A DNA stretch of 63,369 nt, the filler included, from Octopus bimaculoides (lineage: Eukaryota): assembly GCF_001194135.2 (NCBI RefSeq). It is 8 parts of 7 records of this genome, joined end to end, with 100 filler letters (N's around TTAATTAATTAA, not from the genome) between each part and the next. Parts side by side here need not be neighbours in the genome. Positions count along the whole stretch, not along the records: positions 1 to 17,141 come from NC_068987.1; 7 more parts are not named here. One strand, 5' to 3'. The position numbers and the translations under genes were made by a program. The notes beneath the pieces were generated by a model. It was not told the origin of the DNA and searched no databases. It was given only the letters and a program-made list of their open reading frames with translations. Below are positions 1 through 12,509 of this stretch, piece by piece; the stretch's first letter is position 1, and each line of letters begins with the position of its first letter.

Positions 1-31
<31 letters not shown>

Positions 32-338
32 AGCTTGAATAATCACTTATACTATTTTGTATTTCAGATTGAACAAACTATGAAGTGTAACAGCCAAATT
101 ATTCCGCGCCGGCAAAAATGCTGGGGAAAGTTAATTCTTCATTAACCATTAGAGCCAACATAGAAGGACAATGCAGGACAGACAAGAACAATTAGGGTTG
201 AATCGGCAGATGAAAGAACAATATGAAAAGAAGTAACAAAATAAAAATTAGACATGGCATAATGATGAGACAACAAGATGAAATGGTGGGCATGGAGACA
301 CCACAAGCCACGACCCGGCACTGCTCTCACACAGGAGA

Positions 339-1170
339 CTACGGTAATACGTTCAAGTTGGCCACATTCATGCTCAACAATCCTGCCACTTGCATCCATC
401 TAGTCCTGAACGCACGCGGCGGTAACATTTTTCTCTCTCTAACCTTATTTTTCTTTATGAGATGGTAAGAAAAATAATTTAATAAACCTCGGCCAGAGAG
501 AAAGTTGCCCGTCTTAATTCCTTTTACTTTCGTCAACCACACGACCTCTTTCGCTATAGGCACCAAGCAGAGAAAAGTTGCCTGCCTTTCCCAGCTAAGG
601 GAGGGAAGTGGGACAATCTTAACGGTGGACTCATTTGGCAACTGTACTCCGCCCAAACGCGACAGCAGGTGTTCCACGTAAACCCATATATCGAAAGACA
701 ACGGACACTGTACGATAGCATGCAGAACAGTTTCGTTACTCTGTTCGCATCTCGGGCATGTCCGTGTGTCTGCACATCTGTACCTGACGAGTTTATCACA
801 AACAGACAGAGCTCCTCGGTTGCACTGCCAGGTCAGGGATTTCTGGTAGTTATCCATGGCCCCTGACCAAAACGTCCTCCGGAACAGACTGGTGATTTGA
901 CCGTCATTGAAACCCAGAGTCTCCTCCAGGACATCGTTGCACTTACAGGGACAGTTTCCTCTCGGCCCATTTCTGGGTGAGATTGGCCACTCTGATCGTC
1001 ATCTCACTCCAGTTTCTCTCTATTTGGAGATCCCGAACCATTTCAGCGGGCCATCTGTCCAACGCCTTACGATGCTGTTGGGTGGCATCAACCTGTCTCT
1101 CCAGGTGCCGAGCTGCAGGCCGACCGACTTTATGACTTTATTTGTCCCCTCCCCTATCACCGATTGACAA
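339..1170 (-). mobile_element. L1/Tx1-clade LINE 3' fragment (post-RT region and zinc knuckle), decayed
   Basis: ORF 339-857 contains CPRCEQSNETVLHAIVQCP (zf-RVT-like CCHC) followed by IW..V..LL and A K..VW..R-type tail motifs. Confidence 0.75.
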
Positions 1171-1734
1171 CCAGTGTTGATATGTTTACATTCCCGTAAC
1201 ATAGCGGTTCGGCAGAAGAGACTGATTAAATAAGTACTAGGTTTAAAAAAAAAAAAAGCCCTGGTGTTGATTTGTTCGACTAAAACCCCTCAAGGTGGTG
1301 CTCCAGCATGGCTGCAGTCACATGAATGAAACAAATAAAAAAGTAAAAGAGTAAAAGAATATGTACATATGTGTGTGCATTGTGTGTGTATACGTAACTG
1401 GGCAAACGTGTTTTGTTTGTGTGTGAGCGTGCATTCATGCGTGCGTGCATATGTGTAAGCGTTCATGAGTGAATCTGTATACAAAAGGATCAATAATCTA
1501 TTTATAAAGGATACAGAAACATCTCTTCTCTAACCAATGTGTCAAATAATGTCTTGTACTTGAGAAACTTGGAAAATTACAAAGGAGACATAAGATAAAT
1601 GACTTAACTGATATCAGTGTTTTTGTTATAAAGTCCGAAGTCCACGATGACTGAGCAGACGTATGTTGAGTTTTATATATTATTCAAAGTGTCCTTTTTT
1701 TGTTTAACATGGTAGGGTGTTATTTTGAAGATTT

Positions 1735-1779
1735 GCCTAGAGCAGGGGTCCTCAAGAATTGAGAACCACTGGCCTAGAG
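1735..1779. mobile_element. 29-bp hAT (Charlie-like) TIR-only element with 8-bp TSD GCCTAGAG
   Basis: GCCTAGAG-CAGGGGTCCTCAA-gaa-TTGAGAACCACTG-GCCTAGAG. TIRs match at 11/13. Confidence 0.8.
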
Positions 1780-2038
1780 GGTCTCCCGTTGATTCGTTAT
1801 GAGGTAAGGGATTGCAACTGAATTATATATGAAATACTAATACTAGAAATGATTAGCAGCTGTCTCACACAGGTTCGCCAAGGTCGGCTTAGCCCTTCGT
1901 TCTTTCAGGGTCGATGAAATAGGTACCAGTTGGGCAGAGGGATCGATGTAATCCACTAACTCCTCTCCCCACCGAATTGCAGGTTTTGTGCATATAGTAA
2001 GGACAACAACAACAACTACTACTACCACCACCACCACC

Positions 2039-2106
<68 letters not shown>

Positions 2107-2129
2107 GCTAGTGCATGCTAATTTAGTTA

Positions 2130-3240
2130 GCAGGCATTTTATCTTGAGGTTTGGTGATAACAAATCTCCGTAAATCATAAGAATCTTTCTTCAGCCTTTG
2201 TAGAATATAGGATGGTACTTTTCTACAAGTTTCTAAGCAAGTTTCGATTCCAATTTTTTTCAGTCTTTTAGGTAGCACTTTGGATGTTGTGCCAAGTGTA
2301 TCAATGTTGTCTTGGTCTTCCACAGTCTCCTCAGCTGTCTTTTGGTATTTAAAAATTTCTTTTCAATTTTTTTTCTTTTGGTATCGACTCTGCTAGCTAT
2401 CATAGGGAATTGCAAAATCTGATTTTACAGTTTGTTTATTTTGTCCTCTATAATCATGTCTGGTCTTCTTGTCTCAGTTGTATGGTTACTCTTTATGGCG
2501 AAGTCCCACAAGATCTTGTAATTTTCATTTTCTATCACTGCCCCTGGTTCATGTTCATAACACTTTTCTGTTGTTTTGAAGCCACGCACTCAACTAATAT
2601 CTCAATGCATTCTTTTTATTCACACAGTCATATCTGCGCTTATACTCCTTTTGTGCCAGTAAACTGCACTCACTCAAAATGTGATTGATACTCCCGTCTC
2701 CTTTCCTACAAATTCTATATTTGCTGTCTGATTGAGTTTTGTCAATCTTTGCCTTTATCAAATTTGTTATAATGGCTCGTTCCTGAGCGGCTATAATTAG
2801 CTATTTTGTGTCTCGTTTCAAGTTCCCGTCCGTCAACCAAAGCCAGTGATCTTCATTTCCAGCATTCTCGGTTCGTTGCATGAATTGATCATGCGATGCC
2901 ATTTCTTTGCATTTGTCTATTTTGTAGTTCTTCCTTTTCTCTTTGAATTCTGCTATTGTTTCAATCCCTTTTTGGGTATCTCTGGCTGCCGAAAGTATTC
3001 TTTCTTTATTCTGCATTACGTAATTTTCCCTTCTCTTCTTGATAGATAGAGTTGGTTGGTATTACTTTTAGGATGGAGTGCGTTGTGCACTGTTAGGTGT
3101 TTCCTAGTTCCACTATCCAATTTTGTATATATCTTGAGTTCATCCAAATAAAGTGCGTAATTTATTCTCATCTTGGTTTTGGTGAACTTGCAGGCAGGCT
3201 TGGATATTCTTAGTATATCTGTCAGAAGGATTAGCGTAAT
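2130..3240 (-). mobile_element. R4/Dong-like (restriction-like endonuclease) non-LTR retrotransposon 3' remnant
   Basis: Broken motifs H(D)QF.R...WL.DGNLKRDT and C-terminal LGT..K.L.K.LKKIGI. Ends at an (ACT)n tract. Confidence 0.6.
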
Positions 3241-3804
3241 GACAATGAATAACAGAGAGAGAGTGAGNNNNNNNNNNNNNNNNNNNNNNNNNNNNNNNNN
3301 NNNNNNNNNNNNNNNNNNNNNNNNNNNNNNNNNNNNNNNNNNNNNNNNNNNNNNNNNNNNNNNNNNNNNNNNNNNNNNNNNNNNNNNNNNNNNNNNNNNN
3401 NNNNNNNNNNNNNNNNNNNNNNNNNNNNNNNNNNNNNNNNNNNNNNNNNNNNNNNNNNNNNNNNNNNNNNNNNNNNNNNNNNNNNNNNNNNNNNNNNNNN
3501 NNNNNNNNNNNNNNNNNNNNNNNNNNNNNNNNNNNNNNNNNNNNNNNNNNNNNNNNNNNNNNNNNNNNNNNNNNNNNNNNNNNNNNNNNNNNNNNNNNNN
3601 NNNNNNNNNNNNNNNNNNNNNNNNNNNNNNNNNNNNNNNNNNNNNNNNNNNNNNNNNNNNNNNNNNNNNNNNNNNNNNNNNNNNNNNNNNNNNNNNNNNN
3701 NNNNNNNNNNNNNNNNNNNNNNNNNNNNNNNNNNNNNNNNNNNNNNNNNNNNNNNNNNNNNNNNNNNNNNNNNNNNNNNNNNNNNNNNNNNNNNNNNNNN
3801 NNNN

Positions 3805-4806
3805 TCCAAAGGAGCAATATCTGGTGAATATGGAGGGTGGGGTAACACATCCCAGCCGAGCTGTAGCAATTTTTGTCTGGTTCCCAAAGAACCGTGCGGT
3901 CTTGCATTATCATGTTGGAAAACAACACCCTTCCTGTTGGCCAATTCTGGACGTTTCTTTTGAATTGCTGCTTTTAACTCGTCAAGTTGTGTGCAGTATT
4001 TCTCAGAATTAATTGTCTGGTTACTTGGGAGAAGCTCATAGGACAGAATTCCTTTCCAATCCCACCAGACACAAAGCAAGACATTTTTAGGGTGAAGACC
4101 CGCTTTTGGGGTGGCTTAGGGTGGCTCATGTCACTTACTCCAGGATCGCTTTCTCTGAACATTTCGGTAGATAATCCATTTTTCATCACCTGTCATAATT
4201 TGCTTTAAAAAAGGTGCGTTTTCATTCCGTTTATAAAGCGAATCAAAGATGGAAATGCGATCAAAAAGGTTCTTCTCATTCAACTCACGTGGTACCCAAA
4301 CATCGTAACGATTTGTGTACCAGGTTTACCAGGTGCTAATGAACGACGGATCTTGATAGGTTGAGGTTTTCTGCCAATTCTCGGGTTGTGCAATGTGGGT
4401 TATTCTCAATTAATGACTTGATTTGGTCATCATCTGTAGTGGATGGTCTGCCTGATCGCTCTTTATCAATAAGGCTACAATCTCCAGCTCGGAACCTTGC
4501 GAACCACTTCCATACAGTTCTTTCGGATAAAGAAACATCAACGTAAACTGCGCATATTTCTTTGGTTGCTTGTGAGGCATTTGTCCCTTTACGGAAAAAG
4601 AAAAGCGTCAAGTGCCGAAAATGAACTTTCTTATCTTCCATTTTAAAGGGTTACAGAATTAACACAGGTTATAGGAACATAAACCTTCTTCCACGAAAAG
4701 ATAGCATAGCTTAAACTGTGCTCTAAATGGAGGTGTAATCAAATCCTATTTTATGAACTCAACCATGTTCTAAAACAAGTCGAAAGGTAAGCTACTGTTA
4801 ATCGGC
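3805..4806 (-). mobile_element. mariner transposon, frameshifted D,D34D transposase pseudogene
   Basis: HTH region MEDKKVHFRH...WFARFRAGDCSLIDKERSGRP, then DVWVP.EL, IMTGDEKW, CVWWDWKG, HDNARPH, HPPYSPDIAP. Frameshift near 4320 and in-frame stops. Both ends are in gaps. Confidence 0.93.
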
Positions 4807-6153
4807 NNNNNNNNNNNNNNNNNNNNNNNNNNNNNNNNNNNNNNNNNNNNNNNNNNNNNNNNNNNNNNNNNNNNNNNNNNNNNNNNNNNNNNNNNNNNNN
4901 NNNNNNNNNNNNNNNNNNNNNNNNNNNNNNNNNNNNNNNNNNNNNNNNNNNNNNNNNNNNNNNNNNNNNNNNNNNNNNNNNNNNNNNNNNNNNNNNNNNN
5001 NNNNNNNNNNNNNNNNNNNNNNNNNNNNNNNNNNNNNNNNNNNNNNNNNNNNNNNNNNNNNNNNNNNNNNNNNNNNNNNNNNNNNNNNNNNNNNNNNNNN
5101 NNNNNNNNNNNNNNNNNNNNNNNNNNNNNNNNNNNNNNNNNNNNNNNNNNNNNNNNNNNNNNNNNNNNNNNNNNNNTACGTACTATATATATATATACTA
5201 TATATTATTTACTATTTATTATTTAATTGAACGCCACGTATCCGTTTCCAAGTAAGCTTATCTTCACCTTTTTGGTGCGACTCTCTTCCCGTTTTCTCTC
5301 TCTCTCGTTGACCACACGTGACTATCGTCCATCTTTCTTTTCTTCACGTGATGATCTTTCTTTTCCTGCACGGACGTTCAAAAGAACTGACATTTTTCTC
5401 TCTCTTCTCTCTTTTCTCTTTACAAAAAAAAAATGTTTCTTACAGCGTTTACTATTTTCCTCTCGTTCTAGTCTAACGACCCTCCATGTTTGTTTTCGTT
5501 CGGTTTCCTTGTATGTCTCCGATGTCATGTATTTCTTTCCAACTTTGACCCTAAATTTTATTTTAGAATTTATGGGAGCAACTGTCTTTGAAGACTCACA
5601 TTGTCGTTGAATGTTCGAAATGAGGAGTAGATAGACAGAAGTCAACTGATGAAGGGTCCTTTCTCTGTGTTTACTTGTCCTGTTTTCCATTTTTTCTCGT
5701 TGCTTACGTATTTAATGTTGTTTGAACTGCTGGTGACGTCCTGTATCTATATATGCATGTATATATATATGTATATATATGTATACATACATACATATAT
5801 ACATACATACATATATATATATATATATTTACTATTTATTATTTAATTGAACGCCATGCATCCATTTCTAAGTAAGTACACACACACACATGTATATATT
5901 TACGTGTGTGTGTGTGTGCCCCCCCTCCACAGCAATCACTTGACAACCGATGTTGGTGTGTTTATATCTCCGCAGTTTAGCGGTTAGGCAAAAGACCGAT
6001 AGAATAAGTACTAGGCTTACAAAGAATAAATCCTGGGGCCGATTTCTTCGACTAAAACCCTCGAAGGCGGTGCTCCAGCATGGCTGCAGTCAAATGACGG
6101 AAACAAGTAAAAGTGTGTGCGTGCGTGTGTGTGTGTGTGTGTGNNNNNNNNNN

Positions 6154-6217
<64 letters not shown>

Positions 6218-6486
6218 CGTGCCTGCGTGAAGGCATTTTTCCTAGTGGTTAGTGTTGCAGTCAGGATCGCAAGATCGTGTTTTCGATCCTTACAACATCG
6301 GTGCGTTGTGTTCTTCAGCACAACACTTCATTTCACGTTTCTCCAGTCTACTCAGCTGTAAACGGGTAACCCTGCAACAGACTGGTGTTCTAGGAGGGTG
6401 ACATAACTCGAAAGTTACAACAATGCGAAGAACCACATTTTAACCAGCGGTGTATCATAAAATCCAGTCGTCTGGTCCATAAAGTG

Positions 6487-6556
<70 letters not shown>

Positions 6557-6557
<1 letters not shown>

Positions 6558-6912
6558 CACGCAAGCATACTTAAGTAGCTTGCTTACCAACCACATGGTT
6601 CCGGTTTCAGTCCCACTGCGTGGCACCTTGGGCAAGTGTCTTCTACTATAGCCTCGGGCCGACCAAAGCCTTGTGAGTGGAGTTGGTAGACGGAAACTGA
6701 AAGAAGCCCGTTGTATATATGTATATATATATATATGTTTGTGTGTCTGTGTTTGTCCCCCCACATCGCTTGACAACCGATGCTGGTGTGTTTACGTCCC
6801 CATAACTTAGCGGTTCGGCAAAAAGAAACCGATAGAATAAGTCCTGGGGTCGATTTTCTCGACTAAAGGCGGTGCTCCAGCATGGCCGCAGTCAAATGAC
6901 TGAAACATGTCT
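6557..6912 (+). mobile_element. Bipartite SINE (tRNA head + internal TA/TG microsatellite + conserved 3' module)
   Basis: Same organisation at 58225-58590. The 3' module alone occurs at about 1165-1352, 5918-6113, 12268-12480, 26100-26305 and 59975-60165. The 5' module alone occurs reversed at 47775-47935 and 61145-61310. Confidence 0.85.
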
Positions 6913-8590
6913 ATATGTATGTGTGTTANNNNNNNNNNNNNNNNNNNNNNNNNNNNNNNNNNNNNNNNNNNNNNNNNNNNNNNNNNNNNNNNNNNNNNNN
7001 NNNNNNNNNNNNNNNNNNNNNNNNNNNNNNNNNNNNNNNNNNNNNNNNNNNNNNNNNNNNNNNNNNNNNNNNNNNNNNNNNTTTTTCTGAAAACGAAATG
7101 GGATATTAAAGAATGTAAGAGTTATTCCCCTGCATTCGTTGGTTTTACTATTTTACAAAACAGTCACAGAAGACCATTTTTTTCTAGAAGTGTGCCTCAT
7201 GAGTCTCATGACTCATTATCATGAGGGCTGTACTCTTGCAAAAATATTAAAGGTTAGTTTTCGTTAGGCGTACTATTCAGAAACCCCAGCCAGCCGCAGG
7301 TTACCCATGAGTGTCATAAACATTAAAAAAAAAAAATGATTGTATACGATATGATATCGAAATAAAGCTATTTGATAAAATGACTTCTTAGAAATTGTTG
7401 ATATCAGTTTGCATTTTGATGCTCTAGAATAAGAAAGTGTATTTGTAGTCTTGTCATCCGAGACTTCATCGCTTTGTGATAAAGTCACGTTCAGTTAGTA
7501 CACAAAAATTGATTTTTTGATTTTCAATATTTCCTTATTAACGCCGTCGAATTACGGTAGACTGAATTTTTGAATCCATAATGAATAACACTTCTGTCCA
7601 ATAAACTGTCATTTCTATTCATTTTTGTAATTGTAGTTAGAAGATCATTAGGTCGTAGGGTGGGGGTGGGGGTGAGAATGTTTTTACCCGAATTTGAAGA
7701 CAAATTCATTGAGAATTGTCCAAAATAAGTCCCAAATAGTTACATTTTGTGAATTTTTATCTTTTACTTGTTTCAGTCATTAAACTGTGGCCATGCTGAG
7801 GCACCGACTTCAAGAACATTTAGCCGAAGGAATCAACATTCGAAACCTAGCCTAAATTTTTCTATCAGTTCCTTTCTATTGTTCTTGGGATTTGCATTAA
7901 GAAATTTATAAATGCCTACTGTTACATCTTATAATAATTCTGCTTGTCATCACGTTACTTAGCCCATCGGTAACGCTTTCACGTGATTAGAAAAAAAGAG
8001 GGAGAGAGAAAAAGAGGGAGAAAGAAAAGAGGGAGAGAGAAAAAGAGGGTGAGAGAAGTGTCCCTGACGTGAGGTTGAGGGAACGTAATTGTAACGCTTT
8101 CACGCGATTAGTTGAAGGGAGAGACCAAGAGAAAGAAAAAGGAAAGAAAGAAAAAGAGGGAGAGAGAAAAGATGGAGAGAGAAGTGGCTGTTTTGCTGTC
8201 CATCAGAAAGAAACACTCACACACAGACACACATACATACACATATATATACACATATGGCAAATGAAAGACGGAAGATGGAATATACGAGAATTTATCG
8301 TTAATCATGACAATTGTTTCGACACATCTAGCATCGTTGTTAAATTATAAGCGAATTGGATTTTAATAAAAACCTATAATGGGCCCCCTAGAGAGTGTAA
8401 CTATTTAATTGCTTAGTTACACCTAACTGATTCTAAAATGTATATAATAACATAGGACTGGGGAGCGGAGTTAAAACGGGAACTGAGCAGGGAGCGGGAT
8501 AGGATATGAAACAGTGTAATGGGAATGGGAACTGGAAATAAACCCCGCTTTACCGGGTATTACCAGGTAATTCAGCTGGTGTACTATAAG

Positions 8591-8686
8591 TCACAATGTC
8601 TTGATAGTCATTATGGCCGTAGTGGTCAAAACAAATATAGCAGCAATGAAGAGCAAACTAACTATGACGTATTTTACATAGGAGAC
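8591..8686 (-). CDS. Candidate terminal exon with hydrophobic tail: VSYVKYVIVSLLFIAAIFVLTTTAIMTIKTL*
   Basis: Acceptor ttttgctgtccttgttggcag, phase 0, about 20 hydrophobic residues then TGA. Linkage to the upstream exons is unproven. Confidence 0.25.
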   Translation of the reverse strand, partial: VSYVKYVIVSLLFIAAIFVLTTTAIMTIKTL

Positions 8687-9000
8687 CTGCCAACAAGGAC
8701 AGCAAAAGCTGCTATAAAATCATCAGTTCAACTTTTACCTCCGCAACACATGTATCCTCATACAGAACTATCAGACCTCAAAGTGTTCAGTGCCATTCCC
8801 TGCATATCTTGCTTTATATCAGAGTGACCTTCTCCTAGAGACATGCTTCAGCAAAAGCTAAGGGATGCCTCACTCCTAGTGGTCTCCCAGCACACTGGAC
8901 ACCAGCCCGGAATTTCTTAGGGCCAGTGCTATTGCTAGATAGACGACAAATCTACACTAGGTCCATCCATCCATCCATCCATCCATCCATCCATCCATCC

Positions 9001-9110
9001 AATTTCGAGCTGCACAAATGTGGCTTTTCAGTCCTGACAGAGACCTGTAATCTTTTGCACAGGTGTGGCAACGACGGGTTCTTTTGCAGCACTTGTTCAA
9101 GGAGTTAATG
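9001..9110 (-). mobile_element. RTE-like LINE 3' end
   Basis: CHTCAKDYRSLSGLKSHI, a terminal zinc-finger-like motif, similar to the copy at 43905. Confidence 0.45.
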
Positions 9111-9540
9111 CCACACATCTTTTGCTGGGTGTTTTCCTTTTTCAGCTACTGCCGGCCATATTATGCAACACATAAGAAAGATGTTAAATATCAAGTAATG
9201 ATTGCGTATGAAGCTTTTAAAGTGAGGAAAGGCATTGTAGAGTCAATTCCAATCTATAAACAACGTCTGCATTTACCCCAAAAGATGAACAAATCTACAT
9301 CGTAAGTGTCACGTAAAATTTTTCCTTCTCCAAGAGAGATGTATAAACAAAGATTAAGTGTCTTTCACTCCCAGCTGTATGATGACTGTTTCCTCTGTTG
9401 AGTTCATCCTCCCTTCGACAGGTTTTGCCTTTTGTCCTGAAGGGTGTTCAATGAAAACAAAACCCCTCACCAAGCAAGCATATTAGGATTGACGGTTTAG
9501 CCTTCGACAACTCAAACATGCGACAGATTCTACTTGTTAC

Positions 9541-9633
9541 CTGTACAATCTGTCGCATGGTCGGGCCGTTGTCGACAAAATCGACAATCCTACCAAACCT
9601 GCTTATTAAGGAAGGTGGTTTTCTTTGGACATT
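9541..9633 (-). CDS. Candidate internal exon (93 nt); phase 0 reading NVQRKPPSLISRFGRIVDFVDNGPTMRQIVQ
   Basis: Acceptor ttttgttttccgtctcacag, donor cag|gtaac. Reading frame is ambiguous (see findings). Confidence 0.3.
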
Positions 9634-10903
9634 CTGTGAGACGGAAAACAAAATCTTTCAAAGGGTGGATGAACTCAGCAGTTCATACATACATGCATAC
9701 ATGCATACGGAGTAGGCGCAAAATGACCTTATAATATAATTTTGTTACCAAATTATGGTAAAGTAACTTTTAGCCTACTCTGTATATAAAGGCCTAGTGA
9801 CAACCGTAAACAGCGCAGTGAATATCAAGAGATTTTGATAATCGACAACAAAAGTGTGGTGTTACTTTAGATACACAAGGACATCAGAGAAGGCAATCTG
9901 ATGGCAACAGAGCGTGAAAACCGCCCTCTTGGAGTTATCAGTTATAAGCATAGCATAGTGCAGCGTGATGCAGTGCAGCTGGACCGAAAGAAGTAGCAAC
10001 AGTGTGAGAGAAAGTGGTGGTGAAAGAGTACATCAGGGCTTTCGCTCAATAAACACTCACAACGTCCGGTCTGCGAATCGAAACCGCGATCCTAAGACCG
10101 CGAGTCTGCTGCCCTAACCACTGGGTCATTGCATCTCAATGGTAATCGATCTCCATAATGATGTAATGGTAGACAGAATGGTGGCTATGAAAAATGCCTC
10201 AACGAATCATGTACAAATCCAGTTGGACTAAAAAAATTTGGGGCAAGATTGAAAGCGGCAGATGACGTGGTTGGTAACGCACACACAACACACGCTTACA
10301 TTCCACATACTATCATATGCACATATATAAGCATGAACATTCATATATAGGAAATTACATAAAAGTAATCACGTATACTTCTTCATGCTTTCGCTTCACA
10401 ACATTCAAATCACCTGGATTTTCCCAGATAAAAAACCAAAACAAAGACATTAACAATATTTTAGAAGTCTATTAATTCCGCGTTATAATAATTAAAAGTT
10501 TCTTTTTTGATTTGAAAAAAACAAGACAGATTGTTTCTAACAAGCCGACTACGAACTGAAAAATAAATTTGAACAAAATAACTTTGTTGTATCTGTTCAT
10601 TCTCAATATGTTTTAGAAGATTTGAACGTGAATAACTGATTGCTGTTGTTTTTTTCCTCATCAGAGAACACCTGCTCCCTTTAGACGAAGTGTGTTCATA
10701 ATACATGCTATTCAACAGTGTAAGAGGACTTTGAGACACTGTGGTGTATCAGCATTGTTATGTGTCTTCGTTGTTAAAAATAGACCGATCAACCAATAAG
10801 AGAACTAGGTCTTATTTTATAGAAATCGGCAAAAAGTTATTTACTTATGAATGCTGATGTCAGCTAAACAAATAATAATTTATGTGGTGCATGCAGAATA
10901 GCG

Positions 10904-11158
10904 TGGAGGCGCTTGGCATAGTGATTAGGGTATCAGCATCATGATCGTAAGACTCTGGGTTTCAATTCCTGGACCGGGCGACGCGTTGTTTTTTGAGCAA
11001 AACACTTCATTTCACGTTGCTCCAGTCCACTCAGCTGGCAAAAATGAGTAACGCTGCGATGGACTGGCTGGGGAACACATACACCATTGAAACCGGGAAA
11101 CCGGGAAACCGGGCCCATGTTCCTGGCTAGGCTTTAAAAGGATGCATTTATTTTTTTA
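10904..11158 (+). mobile_element. tRNA-derived SINE with 13-bp TSD
   Basis: tRNA-like head, gagcaaaacacttcatttcac core, TSD atgcagaatagcg at 10891 and 11159. Confidence 0.8.
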
Positions 11159-12477
11159 ATGCAGAATAGCGAGAATCCTAACAATAACATATCTATTCAT
11201 TCTTATTACGTTTTGGCAGATTCGAACGTGAATATCTCGGTCGCTGTTGCTTTTCATAACGGCAAAAAATACCTAACAGCAAAATGCATACAGTGAAAAT
11301 ACGACAAAGGTTGTTACGGCAAAAGTGTGTATGGGGGAAAATAAACACGGAAAAATTTCCTGCAGTGAAAGAAATTTACGGCGAATATAGCTGCCAGAAA
11401 ATTGACAAGTTCTGATCAAAAAGTAAATAAAATAACCAGTTCACATGAAATTGTGTAAACCATTTTCGCATCCGCCACACCCTAACAATCGCTCATCTCT
11501 ATTACCAATCGGTTTCTCTCACTCCAGCAAACATGTAACTTGGTATTTTATTACTCCCCGCAGCGTTGTCACTCTTCAATCACTCTTCCCCTCATCACAT
11601 GCCCTAACCTCTCACCAATTCACCGCTGTTAAGGCTTTCTCTTCTAACAATCTTCTCTTGCTAACATACCCTGAATGAACAGAAATACTTTAGTTTCAAG
11701 AGAGCCCCTTTAGCCTTGTGGAGGATGACACATCTCTATTCTCATTACCACAATGAAATGCAACCAGTACACTCTGTAAAGACTTACTGATGCTGCCCAG
11801 CAAATTAAAAACCAAGTCTGATATTTATTATTTTTTTTTGTGACACAGCAGGTCCATAGGAGATGTTATCTTAGGACAAATACTGCAGTACTTGCCCACC
11901 GACATTGTACATAAATTAAGTATAATATATATAGATCTCTCTCTCACTTACTCACTCACTCACTCTCTCTCTCTCTCTNNNNNNNNNNNNNNNNNNNNNN
12001 NNNNNNNNNNNNNNNNNNNNNNNNNNNNNNNNNNNNNNNNNNNNNNNNNNNNNNNNNNNNNNNNNNNNNNNNNNNNNNNNNNNNNNNNNNNNNNNNNNNN
12101 NNNNNNNNNNNNNNNNNNNNNNNNNNNNNNNNNNNNNNNNNNNNNNNNNNNNNNNNNNNNNNNNNNNNNNNNNNNNNNNNNNNNNNNNNNNNNNNNNNNN
12201 NNNNNNNNNNNNNNNNNNNNNNNNNNNNNNNNNNNNNNNNNNNNNATGTATATGTGTGTGTGTGTGTGTGTTTGTGTGTCCGTTTGTCCCCCAACATCGC
12301 TTGACAACCGATGCTGGTGTGTTTACGTCCCTGTAACTTAGCGGTTCGGCAAAAGAGACCGATAGAATAAGTACTAGGCTTACAAAGAATAAGTTCTGGG
12401 GTCGATTTGCTCGACTAGTGGCGGTGCTCCAGCGTGGCCGCAGTCAAATGACTGAAACAAGTAAAAGAGTAAAAGAG

Positions 12478-12509
<32 letters not shown>

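Noticed and set aside
5645-5680. CTGATGAAGGG as a possible hammerhead start
   Set aside because: No stem II closure followed by GAAA.
9146-9301. Plus-strand 156-nt AG-GT bounded open segment (YCRPYYATHKK...)
   Set aside because: No recognisable domain or partner exons, and it adjoins an RTE remnant.
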